NCBI GenBank assembly: GCA_946965045.2
Contig: OX337228.1
Coordinates: 496,001-560,000, forward strand
Direction: 5' to 3'
From: Epithemia pelagica
Taxonomy: Eukaryota; Protista; Bacillariophyta
Length of the DNA: 64,000 nucleotides
The translations under genes were made by a program, and so were the position numbers. The notes beneath the pieces are model-generated. The model saw only the letters and a program-made list of their open reading frames with translations, was not told the DNA's origin and did no database searches. Shown in pieces: positions 1 through 10,460 of this stretch (the first letter of the stretch is position 1; the number at the start of each line of letters is the position of its first letter).

Positions 1-2078
1 TCGCGGCCAATAATGATATCATAACGACAATTGGGGGCATCAAAGATGTCGGCCCAAAGGGGGTATGAAATGTGTTTGGTCCGAGAAAACTCGGGGAGAA
101 CCAAATCTTCGAGAAGAATCTCGGAGACGTGGTCGCGCGTACCCATGGTGGTATTGACAGACCGATTGGTTACACGTGGATGCATGCCGGGCTGAAGACA
201 GCGCGCGTGCAGGATCGTCTTGTCGGCGCCTGAATTGAGCAGGGCACGCAACGGGACGGTGTTCTCGACTCCACCAATGGACCGAGCCATCAAAATGGTG
301 AGGGGAACGGACGGAGGCTCAGAGGGAGCGACCGAAAGGGGACTAGAGAAACTAGGAGCGTCAGAGACAGAACTAGATAAGTAGACATCTTCATAGTGAT
401 CTAGGTTAGATAAAAAATCATTATTGGGATCAACGATGTCAGCGATGACAGCATCCGTAGGATTTGGGCATTCCTTAAGACATGGGGAAGCGTTGGTATT
501 CGGCGTTGCCTCCAGGGGAGGACAAGTCGTAGATGTGGGCGATATCCATGTTACGCCCGTAGATCTTGAACAATTGTTCGCGGACCTCGAGGATTGGGGC
601 CTGAGGATGGCATTCTCGGCCGGCATAGCCTCTGGAGGGCCAGTCTGGATGTGACATTGCTGAGCAAAAAGAACATCAAGGTGATGAGAGACATCCGGAG
701 AGGATGAAGCAAAAAAGGAAGAAGAACACATACCGGGGACCGTTCGATCGGCATTGCGGAGACTCGACCAATCACGAGAATCGGCTAGAGGACGTTGACG
801 AGCACGATAAGCCGCGTCTTGCACAGAAGGCAACGGCTCAGCCAACGACGGATCAATCGGTGGATTGTCGTCTGTGTTGGTGCCTTCAGAGGCATGCTGG
901 TCGGAGCCAGATCCAGAACGACGGGGAACAGCGCCCCAACTGGAACCAGTAGGGCGAGATTCTCCAGATGAGGGAGTTCCCTGGCCACGAGAGCCTTGAC
1001 CATTACGGCCTTGTTTCTGAGAACCATTGTTGGGCTGAGACCCAGTAGGGGTGCGAAGACCAGACCTGGTACGGGCAAGAGAGGCGTTGAAATGCTCTTG
1101 GTTAAAATTGGAGGACTGCGGGTTGTAGATGCAGTTGGCCCAAGTATGATTGGCGTGCGAAGAAATCGTGTCCTTGTAAGGACAGGCATCGCCGTCATTG
1201 ACTGGACGATCACCGGACGTTTGGCGTTCACCATTGGAGTGGCGATTGCCGCCGCGTAGACCGCCACGACCACCATTAGAGGAGCGGAAACGCTTGGAGG
1301 AAGAACCACGAGAAGTGGAATCATTGCGAGGATTGCGGGACTTGGCCTGGGACTGTGTATTGGCAGCCATCTTTTCTTGAGAGGCCCGTTGATAGCCACG
1401 CATTGCTTGAAGGAGGTCGGTGACATTGAAATGGTTCACCAGATCTGCAACCAAGGGATTGGCCGTCTTGAACTCGTTGCGCCAAGCAACCGGGGAGCCA
1501 AGATAGAAGGCTTGCTTCAGCTCATCGTCGGTGAGAGCCTGAACAGCGTTGTCGTTAGACAAATAACGGAGACCGTTCAAAAACTTTTTGAGGGTGTGAT
1601 AATGAATATCAACGGTCATGTCAGGTGGCTTGCGAGGACCGCAAAGGAGGTGTGACCGGAAGGCATTGACTTAGGAAACAGTCAACTTGGGTTCGAAGAT
1701 CGTAGCAATCAACTGTTTAAAACACGCTTCATCAAGGTTAGCGCCATCAGGCAGGGCCTGAAATGCAACATGGAACTTGTCCGCAACGAGACTTGTGGTA
1801 ACACGAGGAAAGTAGGTGCAACAGGCAGCAAAGGGCTCTGGATGACCGGAGATCTTGACCTTGTCAACAAAATGGAGGACCCAAAGGAAGAGATTCGAGG
1901 GCTCTTCATCCACGCCATCTCGAAATGGCATGAGACGGACATAGTACTTGTCATCGTTGTCGTCTTTCATCTTGAGGGTGGAAAGAGCAGAGGAAGAATC
2001 TGAAGCCGAGGCTTGATCAAAGCGCTTTTGGAAGCGTTGAACATCCGCAATGGAGACGAGGGAAGATCCTGTGCTCAT
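1..2078 (-). pseudogene. gag: Gypsy gag-protease, disrupted by a GAA->TAA nonsense codon at 1671-1673
   Basis: ORF 1671..2114 equals the N-terminus of ORF 10916..12082. The frame continues past the stop through CPYKDTISSHANHTWANC into the LLDSGA protease region. Confidence 0.85.
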
Positions 2079-2205
2079 GATGAGACTGCAAAGAAAGGGA
2101 AGAAAAGGAATCAAAGGATGATGAGATCAACGATGATCGGTCAAAGAAAGGTAAGTGGTTATGGTGAAAGAGTGCTGGGGGAAGTTTTGGAGCTTCTGAT
2201 CAGAG

Positions 2206-2421
2206 TGCCATACCCATGTAAAATAGCACGGTATAAAAATTGTGATCTTTAGGAATTAGGAGGAATTAGGGGGAATGAGGAATCCACAGTGCCACGTGCG
2301 ACGAGAAATGACTGGAGGAGGAACAGCCAGATGGTGGGAGATTCATGTCGCAGTGTCAAGAACGCGAACCGGGAATGGAACGTGACGACACGTATGGCGG
2401 GATCCATATAGGGGTACCGCA
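2206..2421 (-). repeat. Gypsy 5' LTR (216 bp, TG...CA)
   Basis: Near-identical to 10609-10824 and 15573-15788; terminal inverted repeat TGCGGTACCC / GGGTATGGCA. Confidence 0.95.
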
Positions 2422-2474
2422 GGTAGTAGGTACTACAAGATGTTTCCGATAATTTTTGATAGGAGTAGAATCCG

Positions 2475-2569
2475 TCGCACAAGTTATACTATATGGTACA
2501 GTCGTCTCGATAAGGAGTACAGCTTCTTGTGTCTTGTGGTTGATTCACTTAACACACCGCAGACAAGAC
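2475..2569 (+). repeat. Terminal ~95 bp of the TCGCA...TGCGA LTR-like repeat family
   Basis: Matches the start of the 633-bp insert at 48104; inverted copy at 10461-10555; partial copies at 7302-7362 and 47694-47754. Confidence 0.8.
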
Positions 2570-2572
2570 TCA

Positions 2573-4171
2573 GGTTCGGTCTTATGGGAGCGTGATACCA
2601 TCTACCATCTCATATCATAATTTTTGCGCGCGTGTCCTGACATGGCAGCGTGATAAGATGATGAAGATGAATATCATGCGCAAATTTTTGACGCATGTGA
2701 TATTCATCCTTATCATCTTATCACGCTGGAGAATATCTTCCAGCTACCCCCAAGCTGAGGGTGAGTCATTAGTCGCACATGAGTCGAAGTACTACGTGCA
2801 TTCGTATACTCACCCCCTTGGCGCGAGGTCCTTTTTTGGCGATTTCTCGATTCTGATTTCTGATACAAACCTCATTGCACCTCAACACAGTCACTACGGC
2901 CACCAACGAGTGAGATTCATTTCACCACCCATCCTTGTTTCCAAGCTGATCCAAAGGTTACACCCAAGTCCGATACCCCTAACAACACCTTCTAGGTCAT
3001 CTACTTGGCCAACACAAGGCATTTGAGTTTGTATGGACACGTCCCATTCTACTATAGCTCCTCGGAATGGAAGTAGGATTTTCGTCTAATATAGCCTTAT
3101 ATTGCCCACGACGGCCGCGCTCTCATACGCGAGCAAGTGCGGAGCTAAACAAGCTAGTGCGGAGCAAAAAAAACAGTCCTGGGAAAAAAGTGTGACAGTT
3201 AATTAGGGGGGGGACTCGGAGGTTATAGAAGCAAGCGACATCCCCTCCTGGTCGTGGGGGCACTTGTCGGGGCTATTGACTCCTCGGCGGGCAATAGCTC
3301 CTCGTCGTGGACCGCCAAATCCGCTGACGCGGATTTAGAAGGCGGTCCACTTCTCGGAGCTATTGCCCTTCTCGGAGTCAATAGCCCCTCCTCGTGCCTC
3401 CCCACTCCGCGGAGCGGATGTAGAATTACTACTACACTCGACACAAACCGCATCCAATCGAAAAACATGTCTGTCTACCCCAAAAACTTTTTCTGACTGG
3501 CATGGCAAGAAAGCCCGTCCGTGGCAACTCCAAGCCTGTGAAGGTGTGCCTTGCATCCCTTCAACCATCCTTCTCGTTCGGTCAATTAATATGAATCAAT
3601 ACTAAACGAATTTATTTTTTATTTCAATGATTGCTTGTATGCTATTGCTCGGTCCAGTTTGTCTCCTACTGCTGTTCCATCGTTGTTTCCATTTGTCAAC
3701 CCTAACGTGCCTCCATCATCTTCCATTGCTTCCAATCTCTGAAAAAGCCTGTATCGGATGTCAAAGTCAAAGATTGAGGGGACACCGACGATGACGACAC
3801 AAGAGTCAATGGAGGATTGAATTTCAACAAGTCGCCGGTACTTTGCATGATAGAGGTGGATGTCATCGAATTTGTACAACGAGGCCTCCCTCTGTGATGT
3901 TCTTCACTGGCTGGGGAATTGACGAGTTCTTGTGCTTGCTGGTTTCTTGTGTTGCTCGGCAGCGACAGGAGGAGGGGATTGCTGTTGTGGTGGTCCTCGG
4001 GGATCAGTATGAAGAGGAGTGTTGGGAGAAGGGGCAAGGGTTGGAATGGTATACAAGGATGCACTAGGTGGATTGTTCGCATTTGATTGTTCGGTTCCCT
4101 GGTTGCCCATAGCACCACGATTGTTGGCCGTCTCAGTGGGATTGGCTAGTGGTTGCTGTCTTGCAACAGAA
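2573..4171 (-). mobile_element. Partial inverted copy of the 3-kb long-armed non-autonomous element (right arm plus part of the interior)
   Basis: Reverse complement of 9251-10457, plus a 374-bp insertion at 3055-3428. Confidence 0.85.
3055..3428 (-). mobile_element. 374-bp insertion of unknown class carrying a 152-nt rod hairpin with 5x5 internal loops
   Basis: Absent from the two homologous loci (~10000 and ~51045); flanked by the direct repeat CTACTA (3049-3054, 3429-3434); hairpin at 3254-3405. Confidence 0.8.
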
Positions 4172-4384
4172 ACCCATCATGCTCATAAATTCAAGACAGC
4201 ACTGTCTCGTCTGAGGAGACAGCCAGATTGACGTGGCAGCTTTGAATATACAAATCAGGAGAGAAGATGTTTGATGTTTGGCTTAGGTGGCCACGTTCAT
4301 GCCAAGTCAAAGGAAACAAAGCAGAGTCGATGTTGTCACTTTTCAAGGCAAACTACTTGTAGCCAGATAACATTTTTTCTTGCA

Positions 4385-5602
4385 ATGGACGATTGGATTA
4401 TTGATGCCGTGTTTGAAGAAGAGCTTGAGCTTGTTCTTGTCATCCATTTATTCAATCAAAGAAAACGTCTCCGACTCATGAAATGGCAACACCGTCGTCT
4501 CGATTGGGATGAATATGTTGCGATGCTTCTCCACACAAATGAGTTTGAGAACACTTTGCACATGAGTTATGAAGCATTCTCCATTCTAGTAGATTTGATA
4601 CGTCCTGGCATTTCCATCGATCCGATGCTCTCCAGCGCCGGCAGTGGCGGCAATGATCCAATCTATCCGGAAATGGTTGCATCAATCGGTCTACGTTGGT
4701 TTGGTGGAGAACTAGAGAAAAGTTTGAAGCATATCCATGGGGTATCGAGAGATACAGTCCGTCGCATGATCAACCTGTTTCTCAAAGCAGTAAAGGAATG
4801 TGAGCATCTTGCAATCCAACTGCCTACCACCGAGGAAGGCTTGAAGGAACTTGCCGATGGTTTTGGAGAAGTGAGTGAATCTCAAGGCCTCATGTATGGG
4901 TGTGTTGGAGCCATTGATGGGTGGCTCTGTACCCATGAACGCCCGAGGTTTGAAGAAAATCAGGCTGACTATTTCTCTGGCCATTACCATCGATATGGAT
5001 CAAACGTACAAGCGGTATGTGATTCGAAACTCAAATTTATATACGTTGCGTACGCTGCTCCTGGGAAAACAAACGACATCAACGCGTTTAGAATGTGCAC
5101 TGGTCTCCACGAGTGGATGCATGCGCTCACTCAAGAAAGAAAGTATTACCTTGTTGGCGACAACGCATATGAACTTTCTGACCAATTGTTGATTCCGTTC
5201 TCAGGCGCCAACATTTCAAGACAAAACTCAGACTTCAATTTCTTTTTGTCGCAAATGAGGATACGAATTGAAATGGCGTTTGGGAGATTGACAACGAAAT
5301 GGCGAATCTTCAGACGAGACTTCCAGTACGATGTAACAAAAATACGTGACACGGTAATGGTAGCATGCCAACTGCACAACTTTGTAATTGCGCATGGAGA
5401 TTCCATAGAGCAAAATGAAAATACAGAAGATTTTATTGAAGCCCTAGAACAAGCAAGAGATGGGCTCGGGTATTATGAAACTACGCAAGAAACAAGTGCA
5501 GTCGAGGTGGGCCATTCTGCAAGGCAAGAGTGGTTGTCGCAACAAATTCAACTCGAGGGTATTGGCCGTCCAACAGCCAACACCCTATTCATCAATCATT
5601 GA
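4385..5602 (+). CDS. PIF/Harbinger (HARBI1-like, DDE_Tnp_4 type) transposase, intact ORF
   Basis: Motifs GAIDG, NVQAVCD, PGKTND, LVGDNAY, FN..LSQMRIRIEMAFGRLTTKWRI, CQLHNF. Likely start MDDWII at 4385 (track ORF starts 4271). Confidence 0.92.
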   Translation: MDDWIIDAVFEEELELVLVIHLFNQRKRLRLMKWQHRRLDWDEYVAMLLHTNEFENTLHMSYEAFSILVDLIRPGISIDPMLSSAGSGGNDPIYPEMVASIGLRWFGGELEKSLKHIHGVSRDTVRRMINLFLKAVKECEHLAIQLPTTEEGLKELADGFGEVSESQGLMYGCVGAIDGWLCTHERPRFEENQADYFSGHYHRYGSNVQAVCDSKLKFIYVAYAAPGKTNDINAFRMCTGLHEWMHALTQERKYYLVGDNAYELSDQLLIPFSGANISRQNSDFNFFLSQMRIRIEMAFGRLTTKWRIFRRDFQYDVTKIRDTVMVACQLHNFVIAHGDSIEQNENTEDFIEALEQARDGLGYYETTQETSAVEVGHSARQEWLSQQIQLEGIGRPTANTLFINH

Positions 5603-5642
5603 ATAGTAGTAATGGTAGTACCACTGTAGTATCATTTTCCTC

Positions 5643-7005
5643 TTACTCCTCATTGTCCTTTGATGCATCCTCCATTGTTTTCATGACAGCTTTGTATCGC
5701 CTATCGATCACATGGAACTCACGTTCGGCCTCGAGGAACGCTTCACCAAACTCGTACCGCTGTGAATCAGAGGCAATAGTGCTTGTACTTTGTTGCGACA
5801 AAGGAATCTGTGGCTGAAATCCATCCAACTGTCCTCGCATTCGGTCTAGGACTCCATCATAGAGGTGCTTCTCTCCATCAATCTTTTTTGTTGCCTTGAG
5901 GTTTGCTGTAGCCGTCTTCATTTCATTTTTCTTTACGGTATGGAGTGGGGTCAATCGTTCAAGTTCAGCCGTCATAGCATTGGAGGCTTGAGCCTTTACA
6001 GCCGAGGCTTGATGTGCCACTAGCTTCTCTTTCAAAGCATTACTTGCTTTGATGGCTTCGACCAATTGTTTGTTAGACTCGTGGAGTTGCTTCTGTTTCT
6101 TGTAAGAGCGTTGGTTCTTTCCATCCAATGGGTTGGTCGACTGAGAGAAAACACTTGGATCCCGAAAGAAACAAACAAAGGACAAGGTCAGAAAGGTTTG
6201 CTTCTTCGACAAAGTTGTGAAAATACATCAAATAATACTTTGATTGAACAAAATGAATGAATGATTTCTGACTTTCTTGGTCTGTGGGAGGAGAGATCTC
6301 TTCATTATCTTCGTCGACATCTGAGTATGCATCACCATGGTTCCCAGAGCGTTTGTAGTTATAGAACGACGTAGTGTAGAGACGCCGCAGTTCGGCGACT
6401 GCCTTCTTTGCTTTCTCTTTGTCAAATCTTCCACGAAGGAGTCCTGGATTGACTGAGCTTTGATTGGGGATTCCTCCCCCATATTTATTTGCTTTCAATT
6501 CACTGTTATTGGCTTCATTGTATAGTTTGGCTATTTCTTCATGAAGAACGTCTGCAGGCAAGCGTCGGTCATCAATCTCACGACGAGTGGCTGTCGAACA
6601 CAGATTTGGGAGCAGTGGCTTGATTCTATCATGGGAAAGAACATTGACAAGACGGAAATAGTTGGTATACACGACTGTGCTTGTTGTTGGTATAGACTGA
6701 GTTGTCACCCTGTAGATTTTGGTCGTCCCAAAAATCACATCATCGTAGGTGATGGCCTCAACAATGTGCTTCCATTCTTCAATGGAAGAGGGTTTCCAGT
6801 CATGAAATGCAGGTTTGAAGTCAGGTAGACGATGGAAATTTGAGTTTGGAGCGACGCGTGGATCATTTTCTTCTACAAGCTGGGCTTTCCCGGCTACATC
6901 ACCACTAGCAACACCTCTGGAAACACCACCACCTGCATCAGATTGAGTTTGTTGTTGAGAGGCTTGGCTGTACTGTGTGACAATAGGGACAGAAGAGGTG
7001 CTCAT
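5643..7005 (-). pseudogene. Harbinger partner (putative DNA-binding) ORF, copy 1, disrupted
   Basis: Compared with the intact 45763..47397 copy: 276-bp in-frame deletion at ~6696 (TAG microhomology) and a 4-bp frameshift near 6170. Confidence 0.85.
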
Positions 7006-7235
7006 GATGATGGTCGAACCCAACAAAAACAAACACTCTGCTTTTTGTTGCTCCGAGTAGCATTGGCAGCAAAACGTTGCCCTCACAGCCCTTGCATGCT
7101 CGCAGTGACTTGCACGCAATTTTTGCGAGCGCCCGCGCTAAATTTTTAGATTTGGAGTCCCCCCTCGCACTCGCACCTGCCCCCGCACCAAAAAGTAGCC
7201 TGACAAGTTACCGTCTTAGCGGTTTTTTTGCTTCC

Positions 7236-7426
7236 GAATCGCGTTTTGGTGAGCATGAGCACCAGAATCGCGCTTTTGCTCGTCGATAGAATGGGCCCTG
7301 AGTCTTGTCTGCGGTGTGTTAAGTGAATCAACCTCAAGAAGTTGTACTCCTCATCGAGACGAATCGCGTTTTGGTGAGCATGGGCACCAAAATCATGCTT
7401 TTGCGCGTCGATAGAGTGGGCCCTGA
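7236..7426 (+). repeat. 125-bp-period duplication of the Harbinger end/flank junction (TIR end + TGA + LTR-like fragment)
   Basis: GAATCGCG...GGGCCC-TGA occurs at 7236-7301 and 7361-7426; the same arrangement is at 47628-47818. Confidence 0.85.
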
Positions 7427-10400
7427 GGTTCGGTCTTATCGGAGCGTGATATCATCTCATATCATAAGTTTTGCACGCTGGAAGATTACCCCCAAGCTGA
7501 GGGTGAGTATTTAGTCGCATATAAGTCGTACCTGAAGGTACTTCCTGTTACTCACCAGGGTTTGGAAGTCACGTTACCAGGCATACGAACTTGACTTTTA
7601 CAGCTAAAGTCTCTAATAAAATGTACTCTGACTTAACTTGTACTTTCAGAGTCGCTATCTAACAACTAGGAACTTGACTTCAACTTTACAGTTTTCCAAA
7701 TTCTTTCCCGCACCCCCCATCGACTTGACTTTACGTGTAAACTCAACCTGCATGGAATCCTGAACTCAACTTTGACTTTCATCCAAAGTCAAAGTCTCTG
7801 TCTCGCGAAAGCAACTTGACTTTAGGCTCTTTGACTTTACAGACTTTGACTTTAAGTCTCAGACTTTACGACATAAAGTCTCTATAACACACAACCACCA
7901 TGGGTATTTGTTGTTTAGACTTTAGACGTGAGACAGAAGTGCACACTTGCAACACTGCCCAATAGTCAGCAGTCAGCAATGCCCAGTGCCCAGTAAAGAA
8001 CCGAAGCACCTCCATCCTCCACCACTCTCCAATTGCCGTGGACCATGAACCATCGACACTCGACACCCTATAGACCCCATCTTTCAGTATGCAGTTCTTG
8101 CAATATAATCATCTCCCTAGAACACACTCCATTCTCTTTCTTTGCGCTAATGAAGACACAAGTCAATGTTACCATCAATGACTACAAAGCCAGACTTGAT
8201 TCCATCTCTGACACCATTTTCCTAGTGGGTTATAGGGTTACTAGCACTGTCATTTAACTTGTGTGGGTAAAGTCAGCGAGTACTACTACTGTGACTTGAC
8301 TTGTGTGGATAAAGTTGGAAGTGGTATGATAGGAACTTGACTTTGGGCGTTAAAGTCAGTGTTCTGTATGCTATGACTTTACTTTACTTGGTGGGGGGCG
8401 TGAAGTCGAGGCGATGCGGAGGGCTGACTTGACTTTGTGCGTAAAGTCAGTGCTACGAAGTTGAATGACTTGACTTTGGATAGTCCTAAAGTCTTAAAGT
8501 TGGTGTTAAAGTCTTAAAGTTTGGTGTTGTCCAAAGTCAGACTTCCAAACCCTGTTACTCACCCCCTTGGCGCGAGGCCCAAGCTCTCGATTCTGATACA
8601 AATTTCACATTACCTCCCTTCATTCATCACGGTAGTGGAGGTGCGGTGGTCTGTAACACTCCGAATGTCGACTTCTTCTTCACACAAACGACACCGTAGT
8701 TCCCAAAAGGATGTCAGGAAAGCCTTTGCGGCTCATCGCATTTTCGAAAGGTCCACGGCGTCCGATAGAGACGGTATAGAGAGAAAAGAGAATCGCCAAA
8801 AGCCATCCGACCTCTACATTGCCGAATGACTCCTCCTCTCCTTTCCCTAAACCTTCTTCCAAAAGAGGTGATGCGACCTCCTCCAATTCCCCATACAGGA
8901 CCCCTTTGGTGAACAACCCCCCGTATCAAGCTGCCGGCACCACGGGAAGACCGGAACCGTCCATCTTTTTGGACGCTGCTGCTGCCACCTCTCTGCCGAC
9001 CATCCCTTCGGTGCATAGCAACTCCACAAGACCTCAGATTCGTGTTACCTCCCATCCTTCTTTTCCCCACGCGGCTCCCGCCAGTCTTTCCTCTGCTACC
9101 GAAGCAGCTCCCATCAATTCTTCCTCGAATCCACAGCCTGGACAGACAAGGCTCTCTTCGACATTCTTTGAAACAGACGTGAATCCTTCGGTCAAGTGGA
9201 GTTTGGCACTCAATCTTCTCCTCCAAAGGCAATGCACGTCCTACCATCATCTTCTGTTGCAAAACAGCAACCACTAGCCAATCCCACTGAGACGGCCAAC
9301 AATCGTGGTGCTATGGGCAACCAGGGAACCGAACAATCAAATGCGAACAATCCACCTAGTGCATCCTTGTATACCATTCCAACCCTTGCCCCTTCTCCCA
9401 ACACTCCTCTTCATACTGATCCCCGAGGACCACCACAACAGCAATCCCCTCCTCCTGTCGCTGCCGAGCAACACAAGAAACCAGCAAGCACAAGAACTCG
9501 TCAATTCCCCAGCCAGTGAAGAAGATCACAGACTCGTTGTACAAATTCGATGACATCCACCTCTATCATGCAAAGTACCGGCGACTTGTCGAAATTCAAT
9601 CCTCCATTGACTCTTGTGTCGTCATCGTCGGTGTCCCCTCAATCTTGACTTTGACATCCGATACATGCTTTTTCAGAGATTGGAAGCAATGGAAGATGAT
9701 GGAGGCACGTTAGGGTTGACAAATGCAAACGACGATGGAACAGCAGTAGGAGACAAACTGGACCGAGCAATAAATTATTTGGAAGCATACAAGCAATCAT
9801 TGAAATAAAAAATAATTTCGTTTAGTATTGATTCATATTAATTGACCGAACGAGAAGGATGGTTGAAGGGATGCAAGGCACACCTTCACAGGCTTGGAGT
9901 TGCCACGGGCGGGCTTTCTTGCCATGCCAGTCAGAAAAAGTTTTCGGGGTAGACAGACATGTTATTCGATTGGATGCGGTTTGTGTCGAGTGTAGTAGAA
10001 TGGGACGTGTCCATACGAACTCAAATGCCTTGTGTTTGCCAAGTAGATGACCTAGAAGGTGTTGTTAGGGGTATCGGACTTGGGTGTAACCTTTGGATCA
10101 GCTTGGAAACAAGGATGGGTGGTGAAATGAACCTCACTCGTTGGTGGCCGTGGTGACTGTGTTGAGGTGCAATGAGGTTTGTATCAGAAATCAGAATCGA
10201 GAAATCGCCAAAAAGGACCTCGCGCCAAGGGGGTGAGTATACGAATGCACGTAGTGCTTCGACTCATGTGCGACTAATAACTCACCCTCAGCTTGGGGGT
10301 AGCTGGAAGATATTCTCCAGCAATGAATATCACATGCGTCAAAAATTTGCGCATGATATTCATCTTCATCATCTCATCACGCTGCCAATTCAGGACACGC

Positions 10401-10457
10401 GCGCAAAAATTATGATATGAGATGGTAGATGGTATCACGCTCCCATAAGACCGAACC
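7427..10457. mobile_element. 3-kb non-autonomous DNA element with long inverted arms and 3-bp TSD TGA (PIF/Harbinger-type by TSD and GG terminus)
   Basis: TIR GGTTCGGTCTTAT(C/G)GGAGCGTGATA(T/C)CATCT at both ends; TGA at 7424-7426 and 7458-equivalent right TSD at 10458-10460; arm similarity extends inward to ~8601 and ~10176. Confidence 0.8.
7556..8554. mobile_element. hAT-type MITE (999 bp)
   Basis: Perfect 15-bp TIR CAGGGTTTGGAAGTC; 8-bp TSD TTACTCAC (7548-7555, 8555-8562); dense GACTT/AAGTC subterminal motifs; no ORF. Confidence 0.9.
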
Positions 10458-10460
10458 TGA

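Larger units (their letters stand above)
1..2421 (-). mobile_element. Ty3/Gypsy LTR retrotransposon, 5' part (LTR, gag, protease), inverted copy of 10609-12632; runs off window start
   Basis: Reverse complement matches the plus-strand element at 10609-15788 (position 1 corresponds to ~12632). LTR at 2206-2421. Confidence 0.95.
4172..7298 (+). mobile_element. PIF/Harbinger DNA transposon, copy 1 (left end lost at the inversion junction)
   Basis: DDE transposase plus convergent partner ORF; right TIR ends ...GATAGAATGGGCCC followed by TGA; near-identical to 44293-47690. Confidence 0.9.

Noticed and set aside
3254-3428. Hammerhead ribozyme or Helitron 3' end in the hairpin insert
   Set aside because: No CUGANGA/GAAA core in a three-way junction on either strand; the end is not CTRR at an A/T site, and a TSD is present.
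7556-8554. Repeated GACTT/AAGTC motifs as a CRISPR-like array
   Set aside because: Motifs are 5-8 bp, irregularly spaced and on both strands, inside a TIR/TSD-bounded MITE; no cas genes.
8558-10237. A stand-alone 1.7-kb Tc1/mariner MITE with CTCACCCCCTTGGCGCGAGG TIRs and TA TSD
   Set aside because: The inverted similarity continues outward to 7427 and 10457, where a TGA TSD lies, so these motifs are internal to longer arms.
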